Assembly (NCBI GenBank): GCA_037969565.1
Contig: JBBKXQ010000008.1
Location: 14,527 to 78,526 of the forward strand
Origin: Acidimicrobiales bacterium
GTDB taxonomy: Bacteria; Actinomycetota; Acidimicrobiia; Acidimicrobiales; SZUA-35
Length of the DNA: 64,000 bases
Direction: 5' to 3'
The position numbers and the translations under genes are program-made. Below are positions 10,186 through 18,680 of this stretch, piece after piece; the first letter of the stretch is position 1, and each line of letters opens with the position of its first letter. The notes under the pieces were generated by a model that was not told where the DNA came from, made no database searches, and was given only the letters and a program-made list of their open reading frames with translations.

Positions 10186-10276
10186 TCGACGACTCAACCG
10201 GCGAGACCGCGTACCTCTCTCGTTCAGCTCATCGTGCTGTTCGACCGAGGTAGAAAGACCGGGGTAGAAGTAGGGA

Positions 10277-10813
10277 ATGAACGTCGACGAGGAACCGAGC
10301 GCAGTTCAGCCGGACTGGCCTGCTGCGCTTCACCGAGTGCTGCGGAGCGCAGGGGTCGGGCACGTCAGCTACGTGCCCGACGCCGGACACACGGCCCTGA
10401 TCAATCTGTGCATCGCCGACGAACGAATCACCACGAATGTGCTGACGACCGAAGAGGAGGGGATCGCCATCGCCGCAGGCGCTTGGTTGGGTGGCACCCG
10501 GTCGGCGATTCTCATGCAGTCGTCCGGGGTAGGGAACTGCATCAACATGCTCTCGCTGCCGGTGATCGCACGGATACCCCTGTTGATGCTGGTGACGATG
10601 CGTGGCGAGTGGGCCGAGCTCAATCCGTGGCAGAACCCCATGGGACAGGCCACAGAAGCCTGCTTGCGAGCGGTTGGCCTCACCGTGATGCGAGCCGAAA
10701 CCGCCGTCGATGTGATCGACACCGTCGAACAGGCCACCAGAATGACCTACGACGCCGATCAGCAGATCGCTGTGCTGATCGGCCAGCGCCTCCTGGGGGA
10801 GAAGAAGTGGTGA
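10277..10813 (+). CDS. Sulfopyruvate/phosphonopyruvate decarboxylase-like ThDP enzyme, alpha (PYR-domain) subunit
   Basis: 178 aa; VSYVPDAGHTALI...TTEEEGIAIAAGAWLGG...MQSSGVGNCIN matches the ComD/Ppd N-domain pattern. Confidence 0.7.
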   Translation: MNVDEEPSAVQPDWPAALHRVLRSAGVGHVSYVPDAGHTALINLCIADERITTNVLTTEEEGIAIAAGAWLGGTRSAILMQSSGVGNCINMLSLPVIARIPLLMLVTMRGEWAELNPWQNPMGQATEACLRAVGLTVMRAETAVDVIDTVEQATRMTYDADQQIAVLIGQRLLGEKKW

Positions 10814-11403
10814 CTGCGATGACCGGGTCCCTCGACCGACGCGATGCCGTCTCCCGCCTGCTCTCTGCGCGTGGCGACTCTCTTGTCGTCTCCGGCCTCG
10901 GCTCACCAACGTACGATGTCCACGCCCACGGCGACCACGAGGCCAACTACTACCTGTGGGGTGCGATGGGCGGTGCGGCGCTCGTTGGATTGGGCCTCGC
11001 CCAAGCCCAACCGGGCCGCAGGGTGCTGGTGATCACTGGCGACGGCGAGCAACTCATGGCGCTCGGGGGCCTCGCCACCATCGCCACCATCAGCCCGGCC
11101 AACCTCGACATCGTCGTGCTCGACAATGAGCACTACGGCGAGACGGGCATGCAATCCAGCCATACCGGACTCGGAATCGACCTCGCTGCGATCGCAACCG
11201 CCGCCGGTTTCGCCGACACCTGCGTTGTGACGACCGACGACGAACTCACACGACTGATAGCTGACTACGCCTCACCATCCACGGGTCCCCGGCTGGCGGT
11301 CGTCAAGATCGAGCCCACCAACCTGCCCCGCAGCATGCCGCCACGCGACGCAGTGTTCGTCAAGAATCGATTCCGTGCTCATCTCGGCCTGACACCGAAC
11401 TGA
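10807..11403 (+). CDS. Sulfopyruvate/phosphonopyruvate decarboxylase-like ThDP enzyme, beta (PP-domain) subunit
   Basis: ThDP-binding motif ITGDGEQLMALGGL...VVLDNEHYGETG. The GTG start overlaps the alpha stop (GTGGTGA). Confidence 0.7.
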   Translation: MVTAMTGSLDRRDAVSRLLSARGDSLVVSGLGSPTYDVHAHGDHEANYYLWGAMGGAALVGLGLAQAQPGRRVLVITGDGEQLMALGGLATIATISPANLDIVVLDNEHYGETGMQSSHTGLGIDLAAIATAAGFADTCVVTTDDELTRLIADYASPSTGPRLAVVKIEPTNLPRSMPPRDAVFVKNRFRAHLGLTPN

Positions 11404-11474
11404 TCGCCAGCAGCGAGCCACTCATCGTCGGGGCCGGGCGCTGTCGGCACGAAATCTCACACTCGGGAGTCGGT

Positions 11475-12899
11475 TCAGCCGCGGTCGCTGAGGTCGTACT
11501 CGGCGATGACATACGGATGGTCGGGGTCGTACTCGGTGAGTGGTTGGGGGTTGTCGACACGGCCGATCGGACGGACCTCGCTTCCGTTCCGACCGAGGCG
11601 GGCGTCGCCGAGTGTCGAACGGGCTGCCTCGGCGAGCGCTTCGAGGCGGGCCACGACGTCGGGATGGTCGTCGATCACGTCTGTGGTCTCGCCGACATCG
11701 GCTACGAGGTCGTACAACTCGATCTGTTCGATGCCTCGCTTCGAGAAGTGAAGCTTCCAGCGACCGGAACGGACCGCCTCGAGATCGTTCATCCAGTAGT
11801 AGTAGAACGCCTCGTGCGGCGAAGGTGTTGCGCCGAACCACAGGGACTGCACGTCGCGCCCGTCGATGACCCGGTCGGTGGCAAGTTGTCCGCCGCAGAG
11901 AGCAGCCAGCGTCGGGAAGAGATCCATGGCGGTGACGATCTCGTCGCAGACCAGCCCAGCTTGTACCCGGGCCGGCCATCGCACGATCCCGGGGACCCGC
12001 TGGCCACCTTCCCAGGTGGTGCCTTTGGTCCCTCGCAGCGGATCGTTGCTGCCGCCGAGGGGTTCGGGTGAACCCCATGGCGGCGGGTTGTCGCCCAGCG
12101 ACCCGTTGTCGCTGGTGAAGATGACGATGGTGTCGTCGGCGAAACCCTGAGCATCGAGTTCGGCCAGGATGACCGACGTGGCCCAGTCGATCGATTCGAC
12201 CGCGGCGCCATAGGCACCGTTCGTCGACTGCTCAGTGAATCGCGGCTGCACGTAGATCGGCACGTGAACGTACATGTGGGCGAGGTACAGAAAGAACGGC
12301 CGCCCTGCGGTGCCGCGCATGAACTCGAGCGCCTTCGCCACGTACCGATCGGTGAGTGACGCCTGGTCGGGCTGCTGTTCGACCACCTCACCATCGACGA
12401 TCAAGGGCAGCGGCGGCAGCTCGGGCATGAACTGGGGGCGGTCGGCCTGACGGCCCATGTCGTTGCTGTAGGGCAGACCGAAGTAATGATCGAACCCGTG
12501 GTTCGTCGGCTGGAAGTAGGGCTGATCCCCGCAGTGCCACTTGCCGATGGCCTGCGTCGCATAGCCGGCATCGGACAACACGCGGGCGAGGCTGATCTCG
12601 GTCGGCGGCAGACCAAAGCCCATGCCCGGGAACAGCACCGGCAGCCCGTCGAAGGAACCGAACCCGATACGTGGCGGGTAGCAACCGGTCAACAACGCAG
12701 CACGTGCAGGGGAACACACCGGTGATGCCGTGTAGAAGGAGTCGAAGCGCACTCCCTCGGCGGCGAGCTGATCGAGCGCCGGCGTCTTGTTTCGAGTCGA
12801 CCCGTAACACCCGAGGTCGCCGTAGCCGAGATCGTCGCAGTTGATGAGCACGACATTCGGCTGACGGCCGGGGAGGTCGCCAGGTTGCTCGGTGCTCAT
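11475..12899 (-). CDS. Arylsulfatase (formylglycine-dependent sulfatase family)
   Basis: VVLINCDDLGYGDLGCYG and the C-x-P-x-R formylglycine motif in SPVCSPARAALLTG. Confidence 0.85.
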   Translation of the reverse strand: MSTEQPGDLPGRQPNVVLINCDDLGYGDLGCYGSTRNKTPALDQLAAEGVRFDSFYTASPVCSPARAALLTGCYPPRIGFGSFDGLPVLFPGMGFGLPPTEISLARVLSDAGYATQAIGKWHCGDQPYFQPTNHGFDHYFGLPYSNDMGRQADRPQFMPELPPLPLIVDGEVVEQQPDQASLTDRYVAKALEFMRGTAGRPFFLYLAHMYVHVPIYVQPRFTEQSTNGAYGAAVESIDWATSVILAELDAQGFADDTIVIFTSDNGSLGDNPPPWGSPEPLGGSNDPLRGTKGTTWEGGQRVPGIVRWPARVQAGLVCDEIVTAMDLFPTLAALCGGQLATDRVIDGRDVQSLWFGATPSPHEAFYYYWMNDLEAVRSGRWKLHFSKRGIEQIELYDLVADVGETTDVIDDHPDVVARLEALAEAARSTLGDARLGRNGSEVRPIGRVDNPQPLTEYDPDHPYVIAEYDLSDRG

Positions 12900-12969
12900 G
12901 GTCGTGATCCTGGTCGATTTCGGTGATGTATTCGAAACGAGTGTCGAGGCCCCAGTGGCTGCTCGCTGA

Positions 12970-14010
12970 TCAGCCCTCGAGGGGCGGGGCGTCGGGGCCG
13001 AGTGTGATCGTCGGAAGGATCGTCGCCTCGAACTCGTCGAGCCAGGCCGGGGTGTCGATGTCGGCGGCGGCCCAGATCCCGATCGGTTCGGACCCCTCGA
13101 CCCTGACGAACCACAACCGGAAGGTCAGGGACGAATTGATGATCCGGTTCTGCTGTTGGACGACCAGCGGGTCGAATGGCGCGGTGCTCGCGGTCAGCAC
13201 ACAGCGGGGGCAGTCGTCGAACAAGCTGCCCTCGACATCCGGGTTGACACGAAGGTCCCAAACCTCGACGGTGCGCCCGGAGATGGTGGTGTCTGGCCGT
13301 CGCTCGGCGATGGTCTCGGTCTCGGCGAACATCGCCTCCAGATCATTCGGATCCATGCTTCCTGGTTCTCGATTGAACTTGTCGACCGATGCAGACTTCG
13401 TGTACCAACCGCCGATGCGAGCAGCGACAAAGACTCTCACGGCTTCATCGGGCTTTGTGAGGAACAGTTGGAACTCACCAGGTCGGGCGTAGACCACTTC
13501 CATTGTGTCCGGAGCCTCGAAATTCATGGACACGCCGAGGTAGTCGGTGGCTACGGCTCCGGCGGGGAGCGGCAGACCGGGGAGGAGGATCGTCGGCGCT
13601 GCCTCCGCTTCGGCGACCGTCGTTGCGGTCTCGGCCACGGTCGTCGACGGGTCCTCGGTGGCGGCCTCGCTGCTCGACGGCTGCTCGGTGCTGGACGGCT
13701 GCTCGGTGGTGGACGACTGCTCGTCGGGTTGGTCGGTTACCAAGACGGCTTTGTCGTCACCCCTGTTCAGCAACGCTCCCGCTCCGACGGCGAGGACGGC
13801 CACAGCGGCAGCGATCGCCAGCCACCTCCGCCCTCGGTTGTGTGTTGCCGCGTCTGTGTCTTCTGCGGTCAGCATGATGATTTCCCTCGTTCCGGTGGTG
13901 TCCGGCTCGGCCATCCGTTCTCGAATGGTCTGCCAGGCGGTGGACGATGGAGTTGCCTGATCCGCGATCTGGTTCAGATCACGTTCGATCCGATCGTTGA
14001 ACTTGCTCAT
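12970..14010 (-). CDS. Putative membrane-anchored anti-sigma factor
   Basis: Starts at MSKFNDRIERDL with an ATGA overlap onto the sigma factor stop. Single TM (WLAIAAAVAVLAVGAGALL), a Ser/Thr/Glu-rich linker (STTEQPSSTEQPSSSE), then a C-terminal domain I do not recognise. Confidence 0.55.
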   Translation of the reverse strand: MSKFNDRIERDLNQIADQATPSSTAWQTIRERMAEPDTTGTREIIMLTAEDTDAATHNRGRRWLAIAAAVAVLAVGAGALLNRGDDKAVLVTDQPDEQSSTTEQPSSTEQPSSSEAATEDPSTTVAETATTVAEAEAAPTILLPGLPLPAGAVATDYLGVSMNFEAPDTMEVVYARPGEFQLFLTKPDEAVRVFVAARIGGWYTKSASVDKFNREPGSMDPNDLEAMFAETETIAERRPDTTISGRTVEVWDLRVNPDVEGSLFDDCPRCVLTASTAPFDPLVVQQQNRIINSSLTFRLWFVRVEGSEPIGIWAAADIDTPAWLDEFEATILPTITLGPDAPPLEG

Positions 14011-14492
14011 GAGCCCAGCTCCCTGCGAAGTGCGGCGAGCCCTCGACGCAAGTGGGAACGAACCGTTGCCCCTGGCATGTCGAGGATCCTTGCGATGTCG
14101 GACGACCGGTAGCCGCCGTAGTACCGAAGTACGACAACGATGCGCTGGTCTTCCGGGAGTTTCCCCAGTACATCCCAGAGCTCGCCTGCGCTGTTCGTCA
14201 GCGCCATGGGTCGCTCGGGAGGATTCTGATTCATCACCCGTCGGCGCCGAAGGGCCGATCGGCATCGGCTCACGACTGCGCTGCGAAGGTAGGCGCCGGG
14301 CTTGTCGATCTCGCCCATTCGCCGAGAAACCTCGACGAAACTGTCTTGGACGAGATCCTCGGCCTCCGCGTTGCTACCCACCAGCGTGTACGCAAGACGC
14401 ACCATGCCGGCGTACTCGACCTTGAAGAGGTCGCCAAGGACCTCGTCGGGATCAAGTGCCGTTTCGGCAGTGGTCAATGTCTGCTCCATCAC
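14007..14492 (-). CDS. ECF-type RNA polymerase sigma-70 family factor
   Basis: Region 2 (AEDLVQDSFVEV) and region 4 HTH (YRSSDIARILDMPGATVRSHLRRGL). Confidence 0.85.
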   Translation of the reverse strand: MMEQTLTTAETALDPDEVLGDLFKVEYAGMVRLAYTLVGSNAEAEDLVQDSFVEVSRRMGEIDKPGAYLRSAVVSRCRSALRRRRVMNQNPPERPMALTNSAGELWDVLGKLPEDQRIVVVLRYYGGYRSSDIARILDMPGATVRSHLRRGLAALRRELGS

Positions 14493-14571
14493 TGCCTACG
14501 GCGATCGGTGGGACAGAAGTGTTGCAAGAAATATGGGCGCTGACCGGTGAAGTTCTCTGGGCGAGCTCCGG

Positions 14572-15849
14572 GTGACTAGCGTCGGCCGGATGCGATTCGG
14601 CGTCTTCTACGAACACCAGCTTCCGAAACCTTGGGCCGACGGCGACGAGGAGCGGCTTCTGGCCGACGCTCTGGATCAGGTCGTGCTCGCCGATCGGCTC
14701 GGCATCGATCACGTGTGGGCCGTGGAGCATCACTTCCTGGAGGAGTACTCACACTGCTCGGCGCCCGAGGTCTTCCTGGCCGCCTGCGCCGCTCGTACCG
14801 AGCACATCCGAATCGGGCACGGCGTCAAGCACACTCCGGCCAACTACAACCATCCGGCCCGGGTCGCGGAGGAGATTGCCACCCTCGATCTGATTTCTCG
14901 AGGGCGGGTCGAGTTCGGTATCGGCGAGGGCGCGACTCGAATGGAACTCGGCGGTTTCGGAATCCCTGCGAAGCAGAAGCGATCGATGAGTATCGAGGCG
15001 GCGGAGCAGATCGCGAACATGATGACCCTGACTCCCTATCCCGGCTACGAGGGCGACTCCTTCTCCTTTCCGTGCCGCAACGTGATTCCCAAGCCGAGTC
15101 AGAAGCCGCACCCGCCGATGTGGATCGCCTGCACCAACAGGTCGACCATCGAACTGGCGGCCGAGTTGGGCATCGGCGCCCTGGCGTTCTCCTTCGTCGA
15201 CCCCGACGAGGCTGCCCACTGGGTGAAGACCTACTACGACACGATCAAGAGCGAACGTTGTGTTCCCATCGGGCACAACGTCAATGCCAATATCGCGCTG
15301 GTCACCGGGTTCTCCCTGCACGAGGAAAGGGACGAGGCGATCCGTCGGGGCCGGGAGGGTTTCGAGTTCTTCCGCTACTCCATCAGCGCGATGGTGACCG
15401 AAGACAGCATCCCGGGCCGCACCGACCTGTGGGCCGACTTCCAGGCGATGAGGGGACCCGGCGCCACCGAGGCCTACATCGAGAAGGCCCGCCGCTACGG
15501 CGATGCGTACTCGTCGGCGATTGGCACGCCGGCGGATGCGGCTCGCCACATCCGAGAGCTCGAGGCCATTGGTGTCGATCAGCTCATCTTCATCCAGCAG
15601 GCCGGCCGGAACCGCCATGAGGACATCTGTCGGTCGCTCGAGTTGTTCGCATCCGAGGTCATGCCAGAGTTCCACGCCGACGAGCAAGAGCGTCTGGCGA
15701 AGAAAGAGGCCGACCTCGCCCCGTACATCGACGCTGCACTATCGCGAAAGAAGTGGATGCAGCCCCTGGCCGACGAGGAGATCCCGGTGATCCCAGCCGC
15801 CGTGAAGCGGGCCCAGGTTCCCGATTCCGGCACCGACGGCGGACTCTGA
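14572..15849 (+). CDS. Luciferase-like (LLM class) flavin/F420-dependent oxidoreductase
   Basis: MRFGVFYEHQLPKPW...LGIDHVWAVEHHF...RIGHGV is the typical LLM N-terminus. An alternative start lies at 14590. Confidence 0.75.
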   Translation: MTSVGRMRFGVFYEHQLPKPWADGDEERLLADALDQVVLADRLGIDHVWAVEHHFLEEYSHCSAPEVFLAACAARTEHIRIGHGVKHTPANYNHPARVAEEIATLDLISRGRVEFGIGEGATRMELGGFGIPAKQKRSMSIEAAEQIANMMTLTPYPGYEGDSFSFPCRNVIPKPSQKPHPPMWIACTNRSTIELAAELGIGALAFSFVDPDEAAHWVKTYYDTIKSERCVPIGHNVNANIALVTGFSLHEERDEAIRRGREGFEFFRYSISAMVTEDSIPGRTDLWADFQAMRGPGATEAYIEKARRYGDAYSSAIGTPADAARHIRELEAIGVDQLIFIQQAGRNRHEDICRSLELFASEVMPEFHADEQERLAKKEADLAPYIDAALSRKKWMQPLADEEIPVIPAAVKRAQVPDSGTDGGL

Positions 15850-16042
15850 CGGGCAGATCCTCCGGGCCCCGCAGACGCCACTCGTAGGTTGGCTTCTGCT
15901 TCGTCGCGGTGGCCGCACTGGCGCACCCGTCGTGTGTCGACCGAACGTCATAATGAGAGCGGCCACGCTGCCGACGCGCGAGAGTGGACCAGCCGAGGAT
16001 GAGAGGGGGAGGTCAAGCGCACGACTTGCGTGAGGATCACGA

Positions 16043-18667
16043 GTGATGCCGACTGATGTGTTGAGGCCGCTTCCATCGGGAATGGTCACGTTCTTGTTCA
16101 CCGACATCGAAGGCTCGACGAAGATACTCAAGCGAGTTCCCGACAAGGCCGCCGGAATCTTCGACCGTCACAACGAGATCATTCGTAACGCCATTCGTGG
16201 TTGCGGTGGCCACGAGATCGGCACCGAGGGCGACTCGTTCTTCGTGGCCTTCGATGATGCCGATCAGGCATTCGACGCCTGCGCATCGGCCCAGACAGCG
16301 CTCGTGGCCGAGCCCTGGCCCGAAGATGGTGTTGTCCGTGTTCGCATGGGCGTGCATTCAGGGCTGGCCGCCCCACGAGGCGACAACTATCTGGCGCTCG
16401 CCGTACACCAGGCGGCCCGGGTCTCCGCTGCCGCTCACGGGGGCCAGGTCATCATCAGCGGGACGGCGCTCGAAGGGGCCAAGAGGCAACCCCCAGGCGA
16501 GACGGTCGCCCTGGGGCGTTACCGGGTGCGCGACTTCGACGAACCGGAACTGCTCTACCGGCTCGATCCGCCCGATGTACCGGTCACCGATCGACCGATT
16601 CGGGCCACGCCGGCCGGCGGACACAACCTGATCACCCCGCAGACGTCGTTCGTCGGTCGCAGCCTTGATGTCGACTTGGTCTCGGCGTCGCTCGCCACGA
16701 ACCGGATCCTGAATCTCGTCGGTCTGGGTGGCACGGGCAAGACGAGACTCGCAACCGAAGTTGGGCTGCGGGCGGCTGCGGATTGGACCGACGGGGTATG
16801 GATCGTCGAGTTGGCAGATCTCGCCGACTCGTCCTTGGTGCCCATGGCGATCGCCGATGCGCTCGGTCTAGCCCCGACCGGCGGACTCGACCCATGGCCC
16901 GACGTGCTGGCGTGGGCCCGGGACAAGAACTCACTGCTCATCATCGACAACATCGAGACCCATCTCGATGTGTGCGCCAGACTTCTCCCTGAACTGATTC
17001 GCCATCCGGGCATCGGCGTGATGACAACGAGCCGAGAGCCGCTCCAGGTCGGCAGCGAGGTCGTCTACCGGGTCAAGTCGCTGGATCTACCGGCGTCGAG
17101 CGACGACCCGGCCTCGGTGAGAGGTTCGCCATCGGTCGAGCTCTTCGTCGATCGTGCTCGGACTCGGCAACCGAACTTCGAACTCGATGACCAGTCGGCC
17201 CGTGACATCGCACTGCTGTGCCGGCGGCTCGACGGACTCCCGTTGGCAATCGAGATCGCTGCTGCCCGAGTGAGCGTGATGAGTGTCAACGAGATCCTCG
17301 ACGGTTTGCATGATCGATTCGATCTGCTCCGAAGTACCGACCGCGATCTGCCAGAGCGGCATCGAACGATGCACAACCTGCTCTCCTGGAGCTACGACCT
17401 ACTGGAACCAGCAGAACAGATTGCCTTTCGTCGTCTGGCGGTGTTCGGCGGCTCGTTCACCGTCGACGCCGCGGTCGCCGCTCTCGCCGATTCGGATCTG
17501 GCGTCCGACGACGTCGCCGAACTCGTCTGGGCCCTCGTCGACAAGTCGCTCGTTGTCGCTGATCTGACGGAGCACAGCACCCGGTACCGCCTTCTCGAAA
17601 CGGTCGGTGATTTCGCTGAGCGCCTGATGGTCGATCACGGCGATGAATCTTCGACCGTGCGCCGATCCGCGGCCGCCCTACTCGAGCGAGTCGGCCCGTG
17701 GTCGACGGCTGATCGAGCCTGGATCGGGGAGGTCAGCGTCGAATTGGCCAACATTCGCTCGCTCGTCGATCGGCTGGGGAACAACGAACAGGAACTGGCT
17801 CAAGCACTCGTGTGCTCCCTCGCTCGTTACCACGATGCCGTGCAGTCCTTCAGCACGGGAATCGAGGAACTAGGGCGCGCGGTCGAGCGATTCGATGCAC
17901 CCACGCCGACACGAGTGGCGATGCTCACGTCGCTCGCCGATCTGCGGTTGCGTCGGGCCGAGACCACCGAGGCGCAAGCACTGCTCGACACTGCATTCCA
18001 ACTCGCCGGCGAGGTTGGTGCACCAACGTGGAACGACGCGGCGGTCGATCGCACGCGGGGTGAATTGCTGTTTCGTTCCGGGGCTTCGGGCGAGGCGGTC
18101 GACGTGGCCCGGGCCGCACTGGCCCGCGGTCTCTCACCTCTCGGCGAGGCCCGGATGTGGAACCTCGACGGGATCGCTCACTATTTCGACGGCGACTACT
18201 CGAGCGCATTCAAAGCCTTCGAGCATGAGCTCGAGCTCTATGAGCACCTCGGCTTCGAGGTCAATGTGGCCAGCGCCCACGGCAATCTCGCCGAGGCGGC
18301 CCTGCATCTCGACGACGTTCGCAGCGCAGCAGAACACCAACAGGCCTGTCTCGACCTCGCCCTGGTGATCGGACAGCCGGTGATGCTCGCCTACTCCTCG
18401 CTGGTGGCTGCGCGAATGGCTGTCGACCTCGAGAATTGGGAGCTGGCACTTCGACTACAGGCATCGGCCCAAAGCCACCTCGCAACGGCCGGCCACGCGC
18501 TGTACCCCGATGACCAGGCTTTGCTCGACGAGCTCCGCACCGCAGTAAACGAACGGATTGGGTCCGAAGCGGCCTCCGCCGCGGAGCTGGTTGGCGCACG
18601 GCTCCAAGCCATCGAGGCGGCGTCGCTGGCTGCCGAGGTGTTCGCGATCGTACGTTCCACCGACTGA
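16043..18667 (+). CDS. Class III cyclase-homology domain / STAND (NB-ARC-like) ATPase / TPR-repeat protein
   Basis: Cyclase motifs VTFLFTDIEGST and TEGDSFFVAF. Walker A GLGGTGKTRLA (nt ~16721-16744), Walker B LLIIDNIE, and the GLPLA-type LDGLPLAIEIAA. The C-terminal ~350 aa are helical and TPR-like. No HTH output domain seen. Confidence 0.8.
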   Translation: MMPTDVLRPLPSGMVTFLFTDIEGSTKILKRVPDKAAGIFDRHNEIIRNAIRGCGGHEIGTEGDSFFVAFDDADQAFDACASAQTALVAEPWPEDGVVRVRMGVHSGLAAPRGDNYLALAVHQAARVSAAAHGGQVIISGTALEGAKRQPPGETVALGRYRVRDFDEPELLYRLDPPDVPVTDRPIRATPAGGHNLITPQTSFVGRSLDVDLVSASLATNRILNLVGLGGTGKTRLATEVGLRAAADWTDGVWIVELADLADSSLVPMAIADALGLAPTGGLDPWPDVLAWARDKNSLLIIDNIETHLDVCARLLPELIRHPGIGVMTTSREPLQVGSEVVYRVKSLDLPASSDDPASVRGSPSVELFVDRARTRQPNFELDDQSARDIALLCRRLDGLPLAIEIAAARVSVMSVNEILDGLHDRFDLLRSTDRDLPERHRTMHNLLSWSYDLLEPAEQIAFRRLAVFGGSFTVDAAVAALADSDLASDDVAELVWALVDKSLVVADLTEHSTRYRLLETVGDFAERLMVDHGDESSTVRRSAAALLERVGPWSTADRAWIGEVSVELANIRSLVDRLGNNEQELAQALVCSLARYHDAVQSFSTGIEELGRAVERFDAPTPTRVAMLTSLADLRLRRAETTEAQALLDTAFQLAGEVGAPTWNDAAVDRTRGELLFRSGASGEAVDVARAALARGLSPLGEARMWNLDGIAHYFDGDYSSAFKAFEHELELYEHLGFEVNVASAHGNLAEAALHLDDVRSAAEHQQACLDLALVIGQPVMLAYSSLVAARMAVDLENWELALRLQASAQSHLATAGHALYPDDQALLDELRTAVNERIGSEAASAAELVGARLQAIEAASLAAEVFAIVRSTD

Positions 18668-18680
18668 GAGAGGGTCAATC

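Noticed and set aside
10277-11403. Possibility that the ThDP decarboxylase marks a phosphonate natural-product gene cluster.
   Set aside because: No PEP mutase, aminotransferase or other biosynthetic genes are adjacent. The flanking genes are arsJ and a sulfatase.
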